The notes: generated from the sequence alone by a model not told the origin. Shown: positions 1 through 9,663, numbered from the stretch's first letter. The stretch is 64,000 nucleotides of DNA from Trueperaceae bacterium (GCA_965214405.1 OZ243956.1:3296001-3360000), one strand, 5' to 3'. Numbers and translations are program-made.

Positions 1-328
1 CTATTTAGACCTTTTGGGGAGCGCCGCCGCGCTCGGTAAGCCCGTTGGCGGCGACCTGCGCGAGGGCAAGGCGACCTACCCGGTGCTGCTTTTGCTCCAA
101 GCAGGCGTCGAGGAGGCGCGTACCATCTTGCGCCGCCACGCGCGTGGCGAGGGAGACGTGGCGCGGATGGTGGGGTTAGTGCGCGACTATGGTGCCGACA
201 AAAGGACGCGTGAACGGATTGTAGAGGAGACGGAAGCGGCGAGCGCGGCCCTCTCGCTTCTGCCCGCCTCGCCCGAAAGGGCTGTGCTCGAGCGCTTGGC
301 TGAGCTCGAGCTCGAGCGGGTCGCGTAA
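1..328 (+). CDS. Polyprenyl diphosphate synthase, C-terminal part (5' end outside window)
   Basis: YLDLLG...GKPVGGDLREGKATYP motif of trans-prenyltransferases; frame open from window start. Confidence 0.85.
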   Translation, partial: YLDLLGSAAALGKPVGGDLREGKATYPVLLLLQAGVEEARTILRRHARGEGDVARMVGLVRDYGADKRTRERIVEETEAASAALSLLPASPERAVLERLAELELERVA

Positions 329-402
329 AAGGTCTTTGGCCCTTGCTGTTTGAGAGCGAAGGCCGAAGGGGAAACGCGCGACTTGCCCAATACTTTCAAC
401 CT

Positions 403-431
403 TTGACGTTCGGCGCGAAATGGCATAGGAT
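403..431 (+). promoter_or_regulatory. Sigma70-type promoter upstream of upp leader
   Basis: TTGACG (403-408), 17-nt spacer, TAGGAT (426-431). Confidence 0.7.
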
Positions 432-439
432 GAGCAGCG

Positions 440-523
440 ATGAAAAAAGAAGATAAAACAAACGTGTACGCTTCCCGCCGCGCCTCGAGGCGGGTTTTTT
501 ATGGCTGGAGCTTTCATGTCTGA
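440..523 (+). CDS. Candidate 27-aa leader peptide [27 protein letters not shown]
   Basis: ATG 8 nt after the -10 box; ORF crosses a terminator-like hairpin; its last codons overlap the start of upp (ATG 516). Confidence 0.4.
   Translation: MKKEDKTNVYASRRASRRVFYGWSFHV
474..500 (+). terminator. Intrinsic terminator/attenuator-like hairpin in upp leader
   Basis: CCCGCC-N9-GGCGGG followed by T6. Confidence 0.6.
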
Positions 524-1166
524 CGCTACTGACGCCACGCCCAACGTCACCGTTATCGACCACCCGCTTATCCAGCACAAACTCTCCCTCCTGCGCGACC
601 GCGACACCAACGTCCGCGACTTTCGCGCGCTCTGCACGGAGGTGAGTATGCTGATGGCGTTCGAAGCGATGCGCGACCTCACCACCGAAGAGGTGACCAT
701 CGAGACGCCCGTCGCGCCCGCCAAGGTCGCCAAACTGAGCGGCAAAAAGCTCGCGCTCGTGGCGATTTTGCGCGCGGGGCTGGTGATGGTGGACGGTATC
801 TTGAATTTGGTGCCGAGCGCCCGTGTTGGGCACATCGGCCTCTACCGCGACCCCGAAACGTTAGCGCCCGTCGAATACTACAAAAAACTACCCTCGGACG
901 TCGCCGAGCGCGACGTGTTTCTCTTAGACCCCATGCTCGCCACGGGCGGCAGCGCGGCGGCGGCGGTGGCGATTATTAAAAGGTTGGGGGCGAAAAATAT
1001 CAAGCTGCTCTGCATCCTCGGAGCGCCCGAGGGCATCGCCGCGGTACACGGCGCGCACCCCGAGGTCGAAATCATCCTGGCCGCCAAAGATGAACGCCTC
1101 AACGACCACGGCTATATCGTGCCTGGCTTGGGAGACGCCGGTGACCGGATCTACGGGACGCGGTAA
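516..1166 (+). CDS. upp: Uracil phosphoribosyltransferase
   Basis: [35 protein letters not shown] motifs; GGAG before ATG 516. Confidence 0.97.
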   Translation: MSDATDATPNVTVIDHPLIQHKLSLLRDRDTNVRDFRALCTEVSMLMAFEAMRDLTTEEVTIETPVAPAKVAKLSGKKLALVAILRAGLVMVDGILNLVPSARVGHIGLYRDPETLAPVEYYKKLPSDVAERDVFLLDPMLATGGSAAAAVAIIKRLGAKNIKLLCILGAPEGIAAVHGAHPEVEIILAAKDERLNDHGYIVPGLGDAGDRIYGTR

Positions 1167-1424
1167 CGCGATCCTGTGACGTCTGCGCAGTTTCTCACTC
1201 ATGTTGTGCGGATGTCGGTGTGGGGAGCGGAGGCGGTGGGGTGCTGGGGAGAAAGTCAAAAGCTTGTGCTCTCCCTCTCTTTTGCGCCCTCTGGATATTT
1301 ATGCCCTCTGGGTACACACCTCTCTAAATTTCTCTGAGACTGACGCCCAAGGCGAGCGCCTCAGCCAACACTTTGTACTTCCCCCTTGTTGCTTGTCCGT
1401 GACCTAACGCTGTAGGATAGGCCC

Positions 1425-2510
1425 ATGCGTGAGAATCTGCTCAGCTACTTTCCCATCGCAGTGATCACCTTTGCGGTGGCATTCTTCGGCGTGGCCGCGT
1501 TTGTGCCGCGGGTGAGGGAGTTTGCCTTCAAGATTGGCGCGGTGCAGCAGGGCGGGGGGCGGCGCGTTCATAAGGGGGCGGTGCCTCACATCGGCGGCAT
1601 CGCCATTTTTGGGGGCTTTCTGCTCGCGTTTTTGGCGGGTAGCCTGGTGCGCCCCGACCTGCTCGACATGTACCGCGCCGAACTCTTAGCGGTGCTCCTG
1701 GGCGGCGCGCTCATGGCGTTGGTCGGATTTATCGACGACATGTGGGAGCTGTCAAGCGTCGTGCGTCTCGCCGCGCAGTTTTTGGCGGCGGGTATTCTCG
1801 TGGTCAACGGCGTTAAAATCGACTTTATCACCAACTATTTTGGCGACGGTACCTATCTCTTTTTCCCTCAGACGCTCGCCGTGGTCGCCACGCTTTTGTG
1901 GGTGGTCGGCTTTACCAACGCCTTTAATTTTATCGACGGCCTGGACGGGCTCTCCTCGGGTATGGCGGCCATCTCGAGCTTAAGCCTCCTAGCCGTGGCC
2001 GCGCAGTTTGACGACAAAGGCGCGGTAGTTTTGCTCTTGGCGGCCCTCGCGGGCTCGGCGCTGGGGTTTTTGCGGCACAACTTCAACCCTGCCACTATCA
2101 TTATGGGCGACTCCGGCGCGTACATGCTCGGCTACGTGCTCGCGGCGGTGAGCATCCTGGGCGCGCTCAAGGTGACCGCCGCGGTGACCGTGGTCGCGCC
2201 CATCTTAACGCTCGCGCTGCCCGTGCTGAACATCACGCAAGTCGTGCTCCGGCGCTTGAAACGCGGCGCGAGTCCGGCGGCGGCGGCCAACGACCATCTT
2301 CACGACATGATTCGCGTGCGGAGCGGCTCGCAGCGCCTCGCGGTGGTGGTGCTGTGGACGGCGACGCTCTGTTTGGGCGCGCTCGGGATGGTGCTCTCGA
2401 GCACTCCCCCCGTCTTAATCACCCTGACTTTAGTCGGGACGGTGCTGCTCGTGACCGCGGTGAGTTTTCTGCGCCTTTACGAGGTTGCCAGAGAGCGGCG
2501 TGTTCCATAA
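1425..2510 (+). CDS. MraY/WecA-family undecaprenyl-phosphate GlcNAc-1-P transferase
   Basis: VPHIGG, GFIDD, NAFNFIDGLDGL, HNFNPATIIMGDSG, DHLH motifs. Confidence 0.92.
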   Translation: MRENLLSYFPIAVITFAVAFFGVAAFVPRVREFAFKIGAVQQGGGRRVHKGAVPHIGGIAIFGGFLLAFLAGSLVRPDLLDMYRAELLAVLLGGALMALVGFIDDMWELSSVVRLAAQFLAAGILVVNGVKIDFITNYFGDGTYLFFPQTLAVVATLLWVVGFTNAFNFIDGLDGLSSGMAAISSLSLLAVAAQFDDKGAVVLLLAALAGSALGFLRHNFNPATIIMGDSGAYMLGYVLAAVSILGALKVTAAVTVVAPILTLALPVLNITQVVLRRLKRGASPAAAANDHLHDMIRVRSGSQRLAVVVLWTATLCLGALGMVLSSTPPVLITLTLVGTVLLVTAVSFLRLYEVARERRVP

Positions 2511-2715
2511 AATCGTTTGTCTGACAACCGAATTCGGTTCAATTTTCACGTCAGGGACGGACAAGTCGAACAGCAAGCGGCTATAAACATTGCTCTTCAA
2601 ACATCGTTCATCCGCGGCAAACGGAAGAACTCGCCACTCTTCTTTCGCAACTCATCTATAGAACGAAGGAGCGTTCAAACTGTTTGGAGACGCGCCAGTT
2701 ATCTGTCTTAGCGGG

Positions 2716-2876
2716 CAGGCTTTTATCATGAGAATCCTGAAGGAAGCTATGGAACGCGCTTCTGCTTCCCTAAAGATGAACGTACCGGGTACCGAGTCTA
2801 GGATGTCTCACTCGGGACTTTCCACTCGGTACTCACGTCCCTAACGCTCCCAAAGAGACGGGATAATAAAAGCCTG
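2716..2876. mobile_element. 161-bp MITE-like non-autonomous element
   Basis: Perfect 11-bp terminal inverted repeats CAGGCTTTTAT/ATAAAAGCCTG, directly flanked by TCTTAGCGGG and TTTTAGCGGG (9/10 direct repeat). Confidence 0.7.
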
Positions 2877-2916
2877 TTTTAGCGGGCTGCTGAACCCCCA
2901 CCCAAAGGTCTAAATG

Positions 2917-3438
2917 TTAGCCCGCCGACTCTGCCGCGACAGGGTCATAAACCTGGATGTCGCGCCCCGCGCTCTTGCCCTGTGAAAAGGCGAGCCGGGC
3001 GCGGTGGAGGAGCGCCTCGAGCGTCTTGCCGTCGTATGGGTAGAGAGACACGCCGATGTTGACCCCGAAAACCGCCTGACTCCGGTTTCCGAAGGGTTGC
3101 TGTAAGCGGTTACGCACGCGCTCGGCGATCATCACAATCTGGTCGACTTGGGCCTTTTGCACCCAGGCGATGTAGCGCGTGTCTTCGATACGCAAAAGGA
3201 TGTCCTCGCGCCGCGTCTCCTCCTCGAGCCGCTCCCGAACGTCGCGGAGCGTCTTTTCACGCGCGTCACCCTCGAGCGCGCCGTCTACCCCGAGCGCGTC
3301 AAGCTCTAAGTAGAGGAGACCGCCGTGCCAGCCCTCGCGCTGCGCCAAACTGACGCTCGTCTCGAGCTTCTCCTCAAAAATGAGACGGTCGGTTACGTTG
3401 ATGTTCAAATCGTCGATGGTCGCATCCTCATAGGCCAT
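2917..3438 (-). CDS. Stand-alone degenerate GGDEF-domain protein
   Basis: LLYLELD, RREDILLR, VNIGVSLYPYDG..LL..A pattern; active-site loop reads RIEDTRY instead of RxGGDEF. Confidence 0.75.
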   Translation of the reverse strand: MAYEDATIDDLNINVTDRLIFEEKLETSVSLAQREGWHGGLLYLELDALGVDGALEGDAREKTLRDVRERLEEETRREDILLRIEDTRYIAWVQKAQVDQIVMIAERVRNRLQQPFGNRSQAVFGVNIGVSLYPYDGKTLEALLHRARLAFSQGKSAGRDIQVYDPVAAESAG

Positions 3439-3680
3439 AACTTTTCCCCCGATAACCCCAGGGTTGGGGTTAAAGATGATTATAGGCGTGTTGAGAGGGA
3501 GAAGAGGAGAAAATTCACACTGTTGGCCAAGGTGTTGTTTAGGTTCACGTAAGCAGTTCGGCCTGCCATCTTGTGCAGTACCGAGTAGATAAAGCAACGA
3601 GTGAAAAGTAACGTCAGCAGCCCCCTCTCCCCGCTTTTCTGCGCCTTTTTCCCGCCACTTTTTACTTTGACAAAGCTCGT

Positions 3681-4373
3681 TCAGACCTCGAGCACCAGCT
3701 TAGGCTTAAATTTAAGCGCGTCCGCCGCGACGAAATGCACCGCCGTACGCCCGAGTTTTTCAGTCACGCGGCGACCGTCCTCACCGTGGAGGTGGCCGAA
3801 CACGAGCGCGTCGGGCGCGGCCTCCAGTAACAGGTCGGTAAAACCCGAGGGCTCGAGCCTGCCGTTGGTGGGCGGGTAATGGAGCATGACGACGAGGCGG
3901 TCGCCGCCGAGCTTTTTTGCCGCCTTTAGGGACAGCTTGAGCCTTTCTAATTCGCGCCGGTAGATGCGTTCGTCCTCCTCACCAAAGTCGCTGCTGCCGG
4001 GGCTCAGCCAGCCGCGCGTGCCCGCAATCACCACAGGGCCAACCTTTAGCGCGTCGTTTTGCAGCGCGTACATCCCTGGAGGCAGCGCCTTGCGCAGTTT
4101 GCCGATGGGCGGCCACCAGTAGTCGTGATTGCCGCGCAAGAGCACCTTTTGTCCCGGCAGGGTGGCAATGCTTTGCAAATCCGGCAGCGCCCCCTCGAGC
4201 CGGATGGCCCAGGAGATGTCGCCGGGCACGAGCACGAGGTCTCCATCACGCACCACCTCGCGCCAGCCCTCGAAAAAGGCCTCGGGGTGTCCCTGCCAGT
4301 GGGGGCCGAAGATGTCCATCGGTTTGGGGTCGGCGCTCGAGAGGTGGGGGTCGGCGATGGCGAAAAGGCGCAT
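3681..4373 (-). CDS. Calcineurin-like metallophosphoesterase
   Basis: DPH, GDISW, GNHD, HYPP, GHLH motifs. Confidence 0.9.
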   Translation of the reverse strand: MRLFAIADPHLSSADPKPMDIFGPHWQGHPEAFFEGWREVVRDGDLVLVPGDISWAIRLEGALPDLQSIATLPGQKVLLRGNHDYWWPPIGKLRKALPPGMYALQNDALKVGPVVIAGTRGWLSPGSSDFGEEDERIYRRELERLKLSLKAAKKLGGDRLVVMLHYPPTNGRLEPSGFTDLLLEAAPDALVFGHLHGEDGRRVTEKLGRTAVHFVAADALKFKPKLVLEV

Positions 4374-4455
4374 GAATCCTAAGTGTAACAGGTCCGTCCC
4401 TTACGCTTAAAGCTCGTGTTTGGGTGGAAACGTGAGAGGACGCTACTGGCCTAAA

Positions 4456-4875
4456 CTACTCCAGCCTGAACCCGTCGGGTAGGAGGTCTTTTACGCTGTA
4501 ACGTTTAGCTTCGCCCGTGTGGTTGACCAGAAAGACGGTGGCACCCTCTGAGAACTCAAGTAGCACCTGTCGGCACGCGCCGCAGGGTGAGGCGGGCGCG
4601 TCCGCTTCCGTGTAGACGACCAGTTCGCTAAACGCACGCTCGCCCGCGCTCGCCATCGCCTGGACGGCGGACTGTTCGGCGCAACGCGAAAGCCCGTAGG
4701 AGGCGTTCTCAACGTTGGCACCCGCGAAGAGCGCGCCGCTCGCCGCGCGCAAAGCGGCGCCCACCTTGAAGCCGGAATAAGGTGCGTAGGCTCGAGCGTG
4801 AGCGCTCTGGGCGGCTTCTAATAAATCTTCTGGAGGTGTTACTGCGTCTCTTGCTGCGTCCGTTACTGGGTCCAC
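4456..4875 (-). CDS. cdd: Cytidine deaminase
   Basis: AYAPYSGFKVGAA, NVENASY, CAE, PCGACRQ; GTG start at 4875 assumed. Confidence 0.93.
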   Translation of the reverse strand: MDPVTDAARDAVTPPEDLLEAAQSAHARAYAPYSGFKVGAALRAASGALFAGANVENASYGLSRCAEQSAVQAMASAGERAFSELVVYTEADAPASPCGACRQVLLEFSEGATVFLVNHTGEAKRYSVKDLLPDGFRLE

Positions 4876-5285
4876 GCGACCAGCCAATCCCAGAGCGGCG
4901 GGCCGAGAACGAGCAAACCGACGCCCACCGCGCCGCACGAGGCGAGGAGCACCGCCCCCGCCGCCGCGTCTTTGGCGCGCTCCACCAGCGGGTGCGGCGC
5001 GGCGTGGAGGAGGTCTAAAGAAGCTTCGATGGCGGTGTTGATGAGCTCGAGGCCTAGCACGAGCGCGCATACAAGCACGAGGGGCACGATGTTGGCTTTT
5101 AGAAGGAGGCCGAGCGTGAGCGCGAGCGCACCGATAAGTGCCTCGATGCGAAAGTTTTGCTCGCGCCGCCAGGTATAAAAAACGCCCGCGGCGGCAAAGC
5201 GAAAGGCGCGGGTCAGCTTGACGAGGTCGTAGCGGCCTCGAGCAGCGTCACCATACGGTTCTGAACGTTTTCGAACGTTTCCCAC
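4863..5285 (-). CDS. dgkA: Diacylglycerol/undecaprenol kinase (start uncertain)
   Basis: EQNFRIE, ELINTAIE, AKDAAAGAVL motifs; lies between ybeY and cdd. Confidence 0.88.
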   Translation of the reverse strand: MGNVRKRSEPYGDAARGRYDLVKLTRAFRFAAAGVFYTWRREQNFRIEALIGALALTLGLLLKANIVPLVLVCALVLGLELINTAIEASLDLLHAAPHPLVERAKDAAAGAVLLASCGAVGVGLLVLGPPLWDWLVAWTQ

Positions 5286-5662
5286 GCGGCCTCCGTTTCG
5301 TGGTCCAAGCCTAAAAGGTGCAAGAGCCCGTGCGCCGCGAGAATGGCCACTTCGGTTTCAGGCGTGTGCCCGTGCGCCGCTGCTTGCTTGGCGGCAGTCT
5401 CGAAGCCTATAAAAACATCACCCAAGTGCGGCACCTCGGGGATGCCAATATCGTCCGGCTCGTGCGTCGGGTAAGAGAGCACGTCGGTGGGCGCGTCCAC
5501 GCCGCGGTGGTCGCGGTTGAGCGCCTGAATGCTGGCGTCGTCAAGGAGCACCACCGTGACCTCGCGCTCCCCCACGCCCCGCTCCGCCATGAGCCTTTCC
5601 AAAGCGCGCGCCAAAGCGTCAACCGACGGGTACGCCTGCGTTTCGCCTAGTATCTCCACCAC
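5213..5662 (-). CDS. ybeY: rRNA maturation endoribonuclease YbeY
   Basis: LNRDHRG.D.PTDVLS, LGDVFI, HGLLHLLGLDH. Confidence 0.95.
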   Translation of the reverse strand: MVEILGETQAYPSVDALARALERLMAERGVGEREVTVVLLDDASIQALNRDHRGVDAPTDVLSYPTHEPDDIGIPEVPHLGDVFIGFETAAKQAAAHGHTPETEVAILAAHGLLHLLGLDHETEAAWETFENVQNRMVTLLEAATTSSS

Positions 5663-7673
5663 GTTTGAGTTTTTGCACCTCCTCCTCGGTTGGATAGCGG
5701 ATGCGGCGGTGCAAAATGGCCGTCATCATCCTTTCAAAGGTGTTGGCGATAATTTCCAAGTCGCGGAAGTTTAGGGGGCTGTCGGCCAACTGGTCGTCCT
5801 GGAGGCGCTGCTCGAAAAGCCGGTCGATAAGCGCGCGGATGCTGCCCTGCGAGGGCTCGGCGAGCGTGCGCGAGGCCGACTCGACCGCGTCGGCGAGCAT
5901 GAGTACGGCGGTCTCTTTGCTTCTGGGCCGGGGGCCGGAGTAGCGAAAGTTGAACTCGTCGAGTTTGTCGGAGTCCTCTAAAGCCCGCTTGTAAAAGTAC
6001 GACAATACGGTGGTGCCGTGGTGCTCCATCACAAAAGGCTCCAGGGCCTTGGGCAGCTTGTACTCGCGCAACAACTCGGCCCCGTCGCGCACGTGCGAAG
6101 TGATGACCAAATAACTCAGGTGCGGCGAGAGCTGGTCGTGCGGGTTTTCACCCGAGAACTGGTTCTCGACAAAAAAGCCGGGCCGCCTGAGCTTACCGAC
6201 GTCGTGGTAGAGCGCGCCGACGCGCGCCAGAAGCGCATTACCGCCGATGTTGGTCACTGCCTGCTCGACCAAGTTGGAGATGATGAGCGAGTGCTGGTAG
6301 GAGCCCGGCGCTTCGATGAGCAACTTTTGGAGCAGGGGAGAGGAGGGGCTCGAGAGCTCGAGCAGCCGGAACTCGGTCAGAAAGCCGATCGAACTTTCCG
6401 CTAAGGGCAGCAGTCCCAGCGCCAGAATCCCCGCAAGCACGCCCCCGCCCAAAATCCAGAGCACGGCGAAGAGCATCGAAAAGGTGCCGAAGGTGCCGAG
6501 CAAAAAGTGAAAGATGCCGTAACTCAAGGCCGCGCCGAGGCCGCTCAGCACGCCCGCCAACAGGAGCGTGGTGCGGGTGCGAAACAAGATGGGGACGAGG
6601 CTCGAGACGGTCGTCCCGACCAAAACCGTGACAAGCGTCAGGAGCGGCGCGCCGGGCGCGAGAAGCGCCACCACCACCGCCAGCCACGCCCCCCAGAGCA
6701 CCGCGACGAGGTCGGAGACGAGCACCGCCACGAGCAGCGGGACGAGGAAGACAAAGAAAAACGTCGGGCTTGCCAGCATCGCCAAACGCTGCGCCGCGAG
6801 CGTGAGCAGCGTCAGCGTGATCAGGAAAACAATTTGCTGGCCCGTGAGCTTAGTTTTGAGGCGACCGTAGGAGAATGCCAGCGGCAGACTCAGGAGGCTT
6901 CCCATGAGCGCGCAGCCGAGGAGCAGCCAGAGGAGTTTGGTGGCTTCTTCGGCGCGGGGATTATAGAGCCCCACCGCCTCCAGCACGCGCAGTTGGTCGG
7001 GTGTGAGGATTTCACCCTCGCGCACGATGGTCTGCTCCGCCTTGAGCCTTTGCATCACGGGGGGCACGGCCTCGGCGGCGGCCTCGCGGGCGGCGGCGGT
7101 CAGCACCGGGTTCTCGCGTGAGGTCGCCAGGAGGGTGCGCTCCAAGATGAGCCCCACCTCGCGCTGCCTTCCCTCGGGCGCGAGGCGCGTCGCCTCGCTA
7201 ATAAGTTCCGGCAGGGTCTCCTCGCGCACGCCCTCGGGCTGGTTGTAACGGGCGACGACAAAGTCTTGCACGGCGGCGGGCAGTCCCGCCGTGGTGAGCG
7301 CGTTGGTGACGAGCGCCTGCGCGGCCGCGTTGGACGTGTAAACGGGCTCAATCTGGCTTCGCGCCGCCTCCCGCTCCCGCTCGGTGGCGAGCTGGTCCAC
7401 AACCTCCACGTCGACGGGCGACTTGTACAGGCCCGGGCTGGGCTCGCCCGCGACCAAACTTTCCCCGCCCCGCTGACCGTAGACGCTATATAAAAGGCCC
7501 GCCACGGCGAGCGCGCTGAGTAAAAACGCGCCCAACAAACGGAGGGTCTGACCATTCACAGCAGCGACCGTAGACGACACCGTGGAGGCGAGCGTAGCCG
7601 ACAGGGTAGAAGACCCGGTAGAAGAATGGGCGGGCGTACTGGCGCGGCGTTTAGACGGTTTTTTGGCGTTCAT
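5619..7673 (-). CDS. 7TM-HD phosphohydrolase, PgpH-like cyclic di-AMP phosphodiesterase
   Basis: Extracellular domain, multiple TM helices, EAPGSYQHS, YHDVGK, FFVENQ, EHHGT, LADAVE. Confidence 0.85.
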   Translation of the reverse strand: MNAKKPSKRRASTPAHSSTGSSTLSATLASTVSSTVAAVNGQTLRLLGAFLLSALAVAGLLYSVYGQRGGESLVAGEPSPGLYKSPVDVEVVDQLATEREREAARSQIEPVYTSNAAAQALVTNALTTAGLPAAVQDFVVARYNQPEGVREETLPELISEATRLAPEGRQREVGLILERTLLATSRENPVLTAAAREAAAEAVPPVMQRLKAEQTIVREGEILTPDQLRVLEAVGLYNPRAEEATKLLWLLLGCALMGSLLSLPLAFSYGRLKTKLTGQQIVFLITLTLLTLAAQRLAMLASPTFFFVFLVPLLVAVLVSDLVAVLWGAWLAVVVALLAPGAPLLTLVTVLVGTTVSSLVPILFRTRTTLLLAGVLSGLGAALSYGIFHFLLGTFGTFSMLFAVLWILGGGVLAGILALGLLPLAESSIGFLTEFRLLELSSPSSPLLQKLLIEAPGSYQHSLIISNLVEQAVTNIGGNALLARVGALYHDVGKLRRPGFFVENQFSGENPHDQLSPHLSYLVITSHVRDGAELLREYKLPKALEPFVMEHHGTTVLSYFYKRALEDSDKLDEFNFRYSGPRPRSKETAVLMLADAVESASRTLAEPSQGSIRALIDRLFEQRLQDDQLADSPLNFRDLEIIANTFERMMTAILHRRIRYPTEEEVQKLKRGGDTRRNAGVPVG

Positions 7674-9663
7674 ACGCCCTCACGATGCGGGCCACCAGCG
7701 GGTGACGCACCACATCCCCTTCGGAAAAGTAGACAAAGCAAATGCCTTCGATGTCGCTCAGAATGTTTTCGGCCACGCTCAAGCCGCTCTTGACGTTGCC
7801 CGGCAGGTCGGTTTGCGTGATGTCGCCCGTGACGACCACCTTGGAGTTGAAACCCATCCGGGTCAAAAACATCTTCATCTGCTCCGGCGTGGTGTTTTGC
7901 GCCTCGTCGAGGATGATAAAGGCGTCGTTGAGCGTGTTGTGCGTGAGGATGAAGTCGTCGGTGACGTAAAGCGAATCGGGCGCGGCAACCCTGATGCAGC
8001 GCGTTTCCGCCCGTCCTGCCGGGCTGATGCTTTTGATAAAGCGCATTGGGCGGCCTCCGCCATGCTGAGCGTAAGTCTCTGCCTTACGTTGCAGGCGGAA
8101 AGGGGCCAACGCTTTGGGCAAGCGGATGTCCATAACATAAGCGTCATGACGGTAGGGAACCTCGCGCCCTTTGGCAAGACCTGGTTTACGCCCCTCGGCG
8201 AGCCGCTTACGCCAGCAGGCGACGCCGCCGAGTGAACGCACCAGAAAGAGCACGTCATTTTTAAGCTGTGCCGAGGTCGTGGTGTACTGGATGCGGCAGG
8301 AACGCCCTGACTGGGTGACGGGGCCGCCGTCGCTGTCTAACAAACCTTGTAAAATGGCGTGGCGAACCGCGGCGCTGTTATATAGATAGACTTTGGGAAC
8401 GAATTTCGTGTGAGAGCGAGTGCCCGCCAAGTCCAGATCGCGCAACGCTTGGGTGACGGGATTAGTGACGATGACACCGCCGCGCCCGCCTTTGGTGTAG
8501 GTGAGTACAAAGTCTACACCCGACTTGTAGGTGACGGCGATGTCCAGCGGCTGCAAAGCGGTTTGCAAAGCCGTAACTAGGTCGGCGTCGGCACTGCTGA
8601 AACTTGGCGTTGTCGCGGTCGTTAAACAACCGTCGCCCAACAGCAAACCCAAAGCGTAAGGGTCTAAGGGAACCCTCTGCTCGATAAAATGAACGGGCGT
8701 GGATAGCAAGGGCAGTTCATAACGGTGCTGATGGGCGGCTTTTAGCTTGGTCAGCAAATGTTGCGTTTCGAGCACTCTGGCGGGCTTACCGCGCCGTCTG
8801 TCCGACGGCGTCAGCACGCTCCACAGGTGTTCGGCGCAGCACAGTGTTTCGGAGCCGTCCGTCATAGTGACGCGGTAAACGTCTTTTTCACCTTGCGGAT
8901 AAACGCCTAAGACTTGGGTGGCTCGCCCGCTCGAGCCGACGACGTAGTCACCGACTTCCAAGCTCCCCATGTCGCGCCAGCCCAAAGGCGTCAGCACCTT
9001 GCTGTCCAAAGGTTGTGCCCGGCCCCGCATGAACGCCAAGGGAGCCACTTCGATGGCACCGTTTTCTAGGTACTGGTCGATGCGTTCACCCTCGAGCATG
9101 TCGTAAAGCGCGTCGTACAAAGGCCGCAAGTACGGGTCGATCTTGGCCTGCAAGTCGCCGGGCAAAAAGCCCAGCTTCTCGCCCGCCTCGACCGCGGGCC
9201 GGGTCAGGATGATGCGCTTGACCCGCTTGTCTTTCAAGGCCTGTACCGCCGCCGCCACCGCCAGGTAAGTTTTGCCCGTGCCCGCGGGGCCGATGCCAAA
9301 GACGATTTCGCTGTTTTCGACCGCGCCAATGTAGCGCCGCTGGCCCGCCGTCTTGGGGCGCGCGCGGCGCGGCAGCCGGTTGGCGAGACCCTGCGGACCC
9401 TCTTCGGTTTCGCCTAAAGTGCCGTGCTCGAGCTCCGTCGGCGACAGCGTATCGCCGCGGCGAATCGTGGCGAGCAGCGTCTGGAAGGTGCGCTCGGCCT
9501 CCGCCACGGCGTCTTGTTCGCCGCTTAGGCGCAACTCGTCGCCGCGCGCCACGATGGTGGCGGCGAGCCGGTTGCGCAAAAGTTTGAGATTTTCGTCGTT
9601 ATGGCCGAAGAGCGATATCGCCTCGGCGGGGGAGCGAAGTTTTAGAGTTACCGATGTTGCGAT
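7651..9663 (-). CDS. phoH: PhoH-like ATPase containing an intein (probable ATC start)
   Basis: GPAGTGKT, LTRPAVEAGEKLGFLPG, PLAFMRGR|insert|TLNDAFIILDEAQN, VRHPLV. Confidence 0.93.
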   Translation of the reverse strand: MATSVTLKLRSPAEAISLFGHNDENLKLLRNRLAATIVARGDELRLSGEQDAVAEAERTFQTLLATIRRGDTLSPTELEHGTLGETEEGPQGLANRLPRRARPKTAGQRRYIGAVENSEIVFGIGPAGTGKTYLAVAAAVQALKDKRVKRIILTRPAVEAGEKLGFLPGDLQAKIDPYLRPLYDALYDMLEGERIDQYLENGAIEVAPLAFMRGRAQPLDSKVLTPLGWRDMGSLEVGDYVVGSSGRATQVLGVYPQGEKDVYRVTMTDGSETLCCAEHLWSVLTPSDRRRGKPARVLETQHLLTKLKAAHQHRYELPLLSTPVHFIEQRVPLDPYALGLLLGDGCLTTATTPSFSSADADLVTALQTALQPLDIAVTYKSGVDFVLTYTKGGRGGVIVTNPVTQALRDLDLAGTRSHTKFVPKVYLYNSAAVRHAILQGLLDSDGGPVTQSGRSCRIQYTTTSAQLKNDVLFLVRSLGGVACWRKRLAEGRKPGLAKGREVPYRHDAYVMDIRLPKALAPFRLQRKAETYAQHGGGRPMRFIKSISPAGRAETRCIRVAAPDSLYVTDDFILTHNTLNDAFIILDEAQNTTPEQMKMFLTRMGFNSKVVVTGDITQTDLPGNVKSGLSVAENILSDIEGICFVYFSEGDVVRHPLVARIVRAYERQKTV
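7936..9018 (-). mobile_element. Class 3 intein (361 aa) with LAGLIDADG homing endonuclease
   Basis: Starts AQPLDSKVLTP; block B CCAEHLW; LGLLLGDG and LQGLLDSDG; block F TRCIRV; ends ILTHN followed by Thr. Confidence 0.92.

Noticed and set aside
2517..2711. 64-aa ORF after the wecA-like gene
   Set aside because: TTG start, no RBS, atypical composition; probably non-coding
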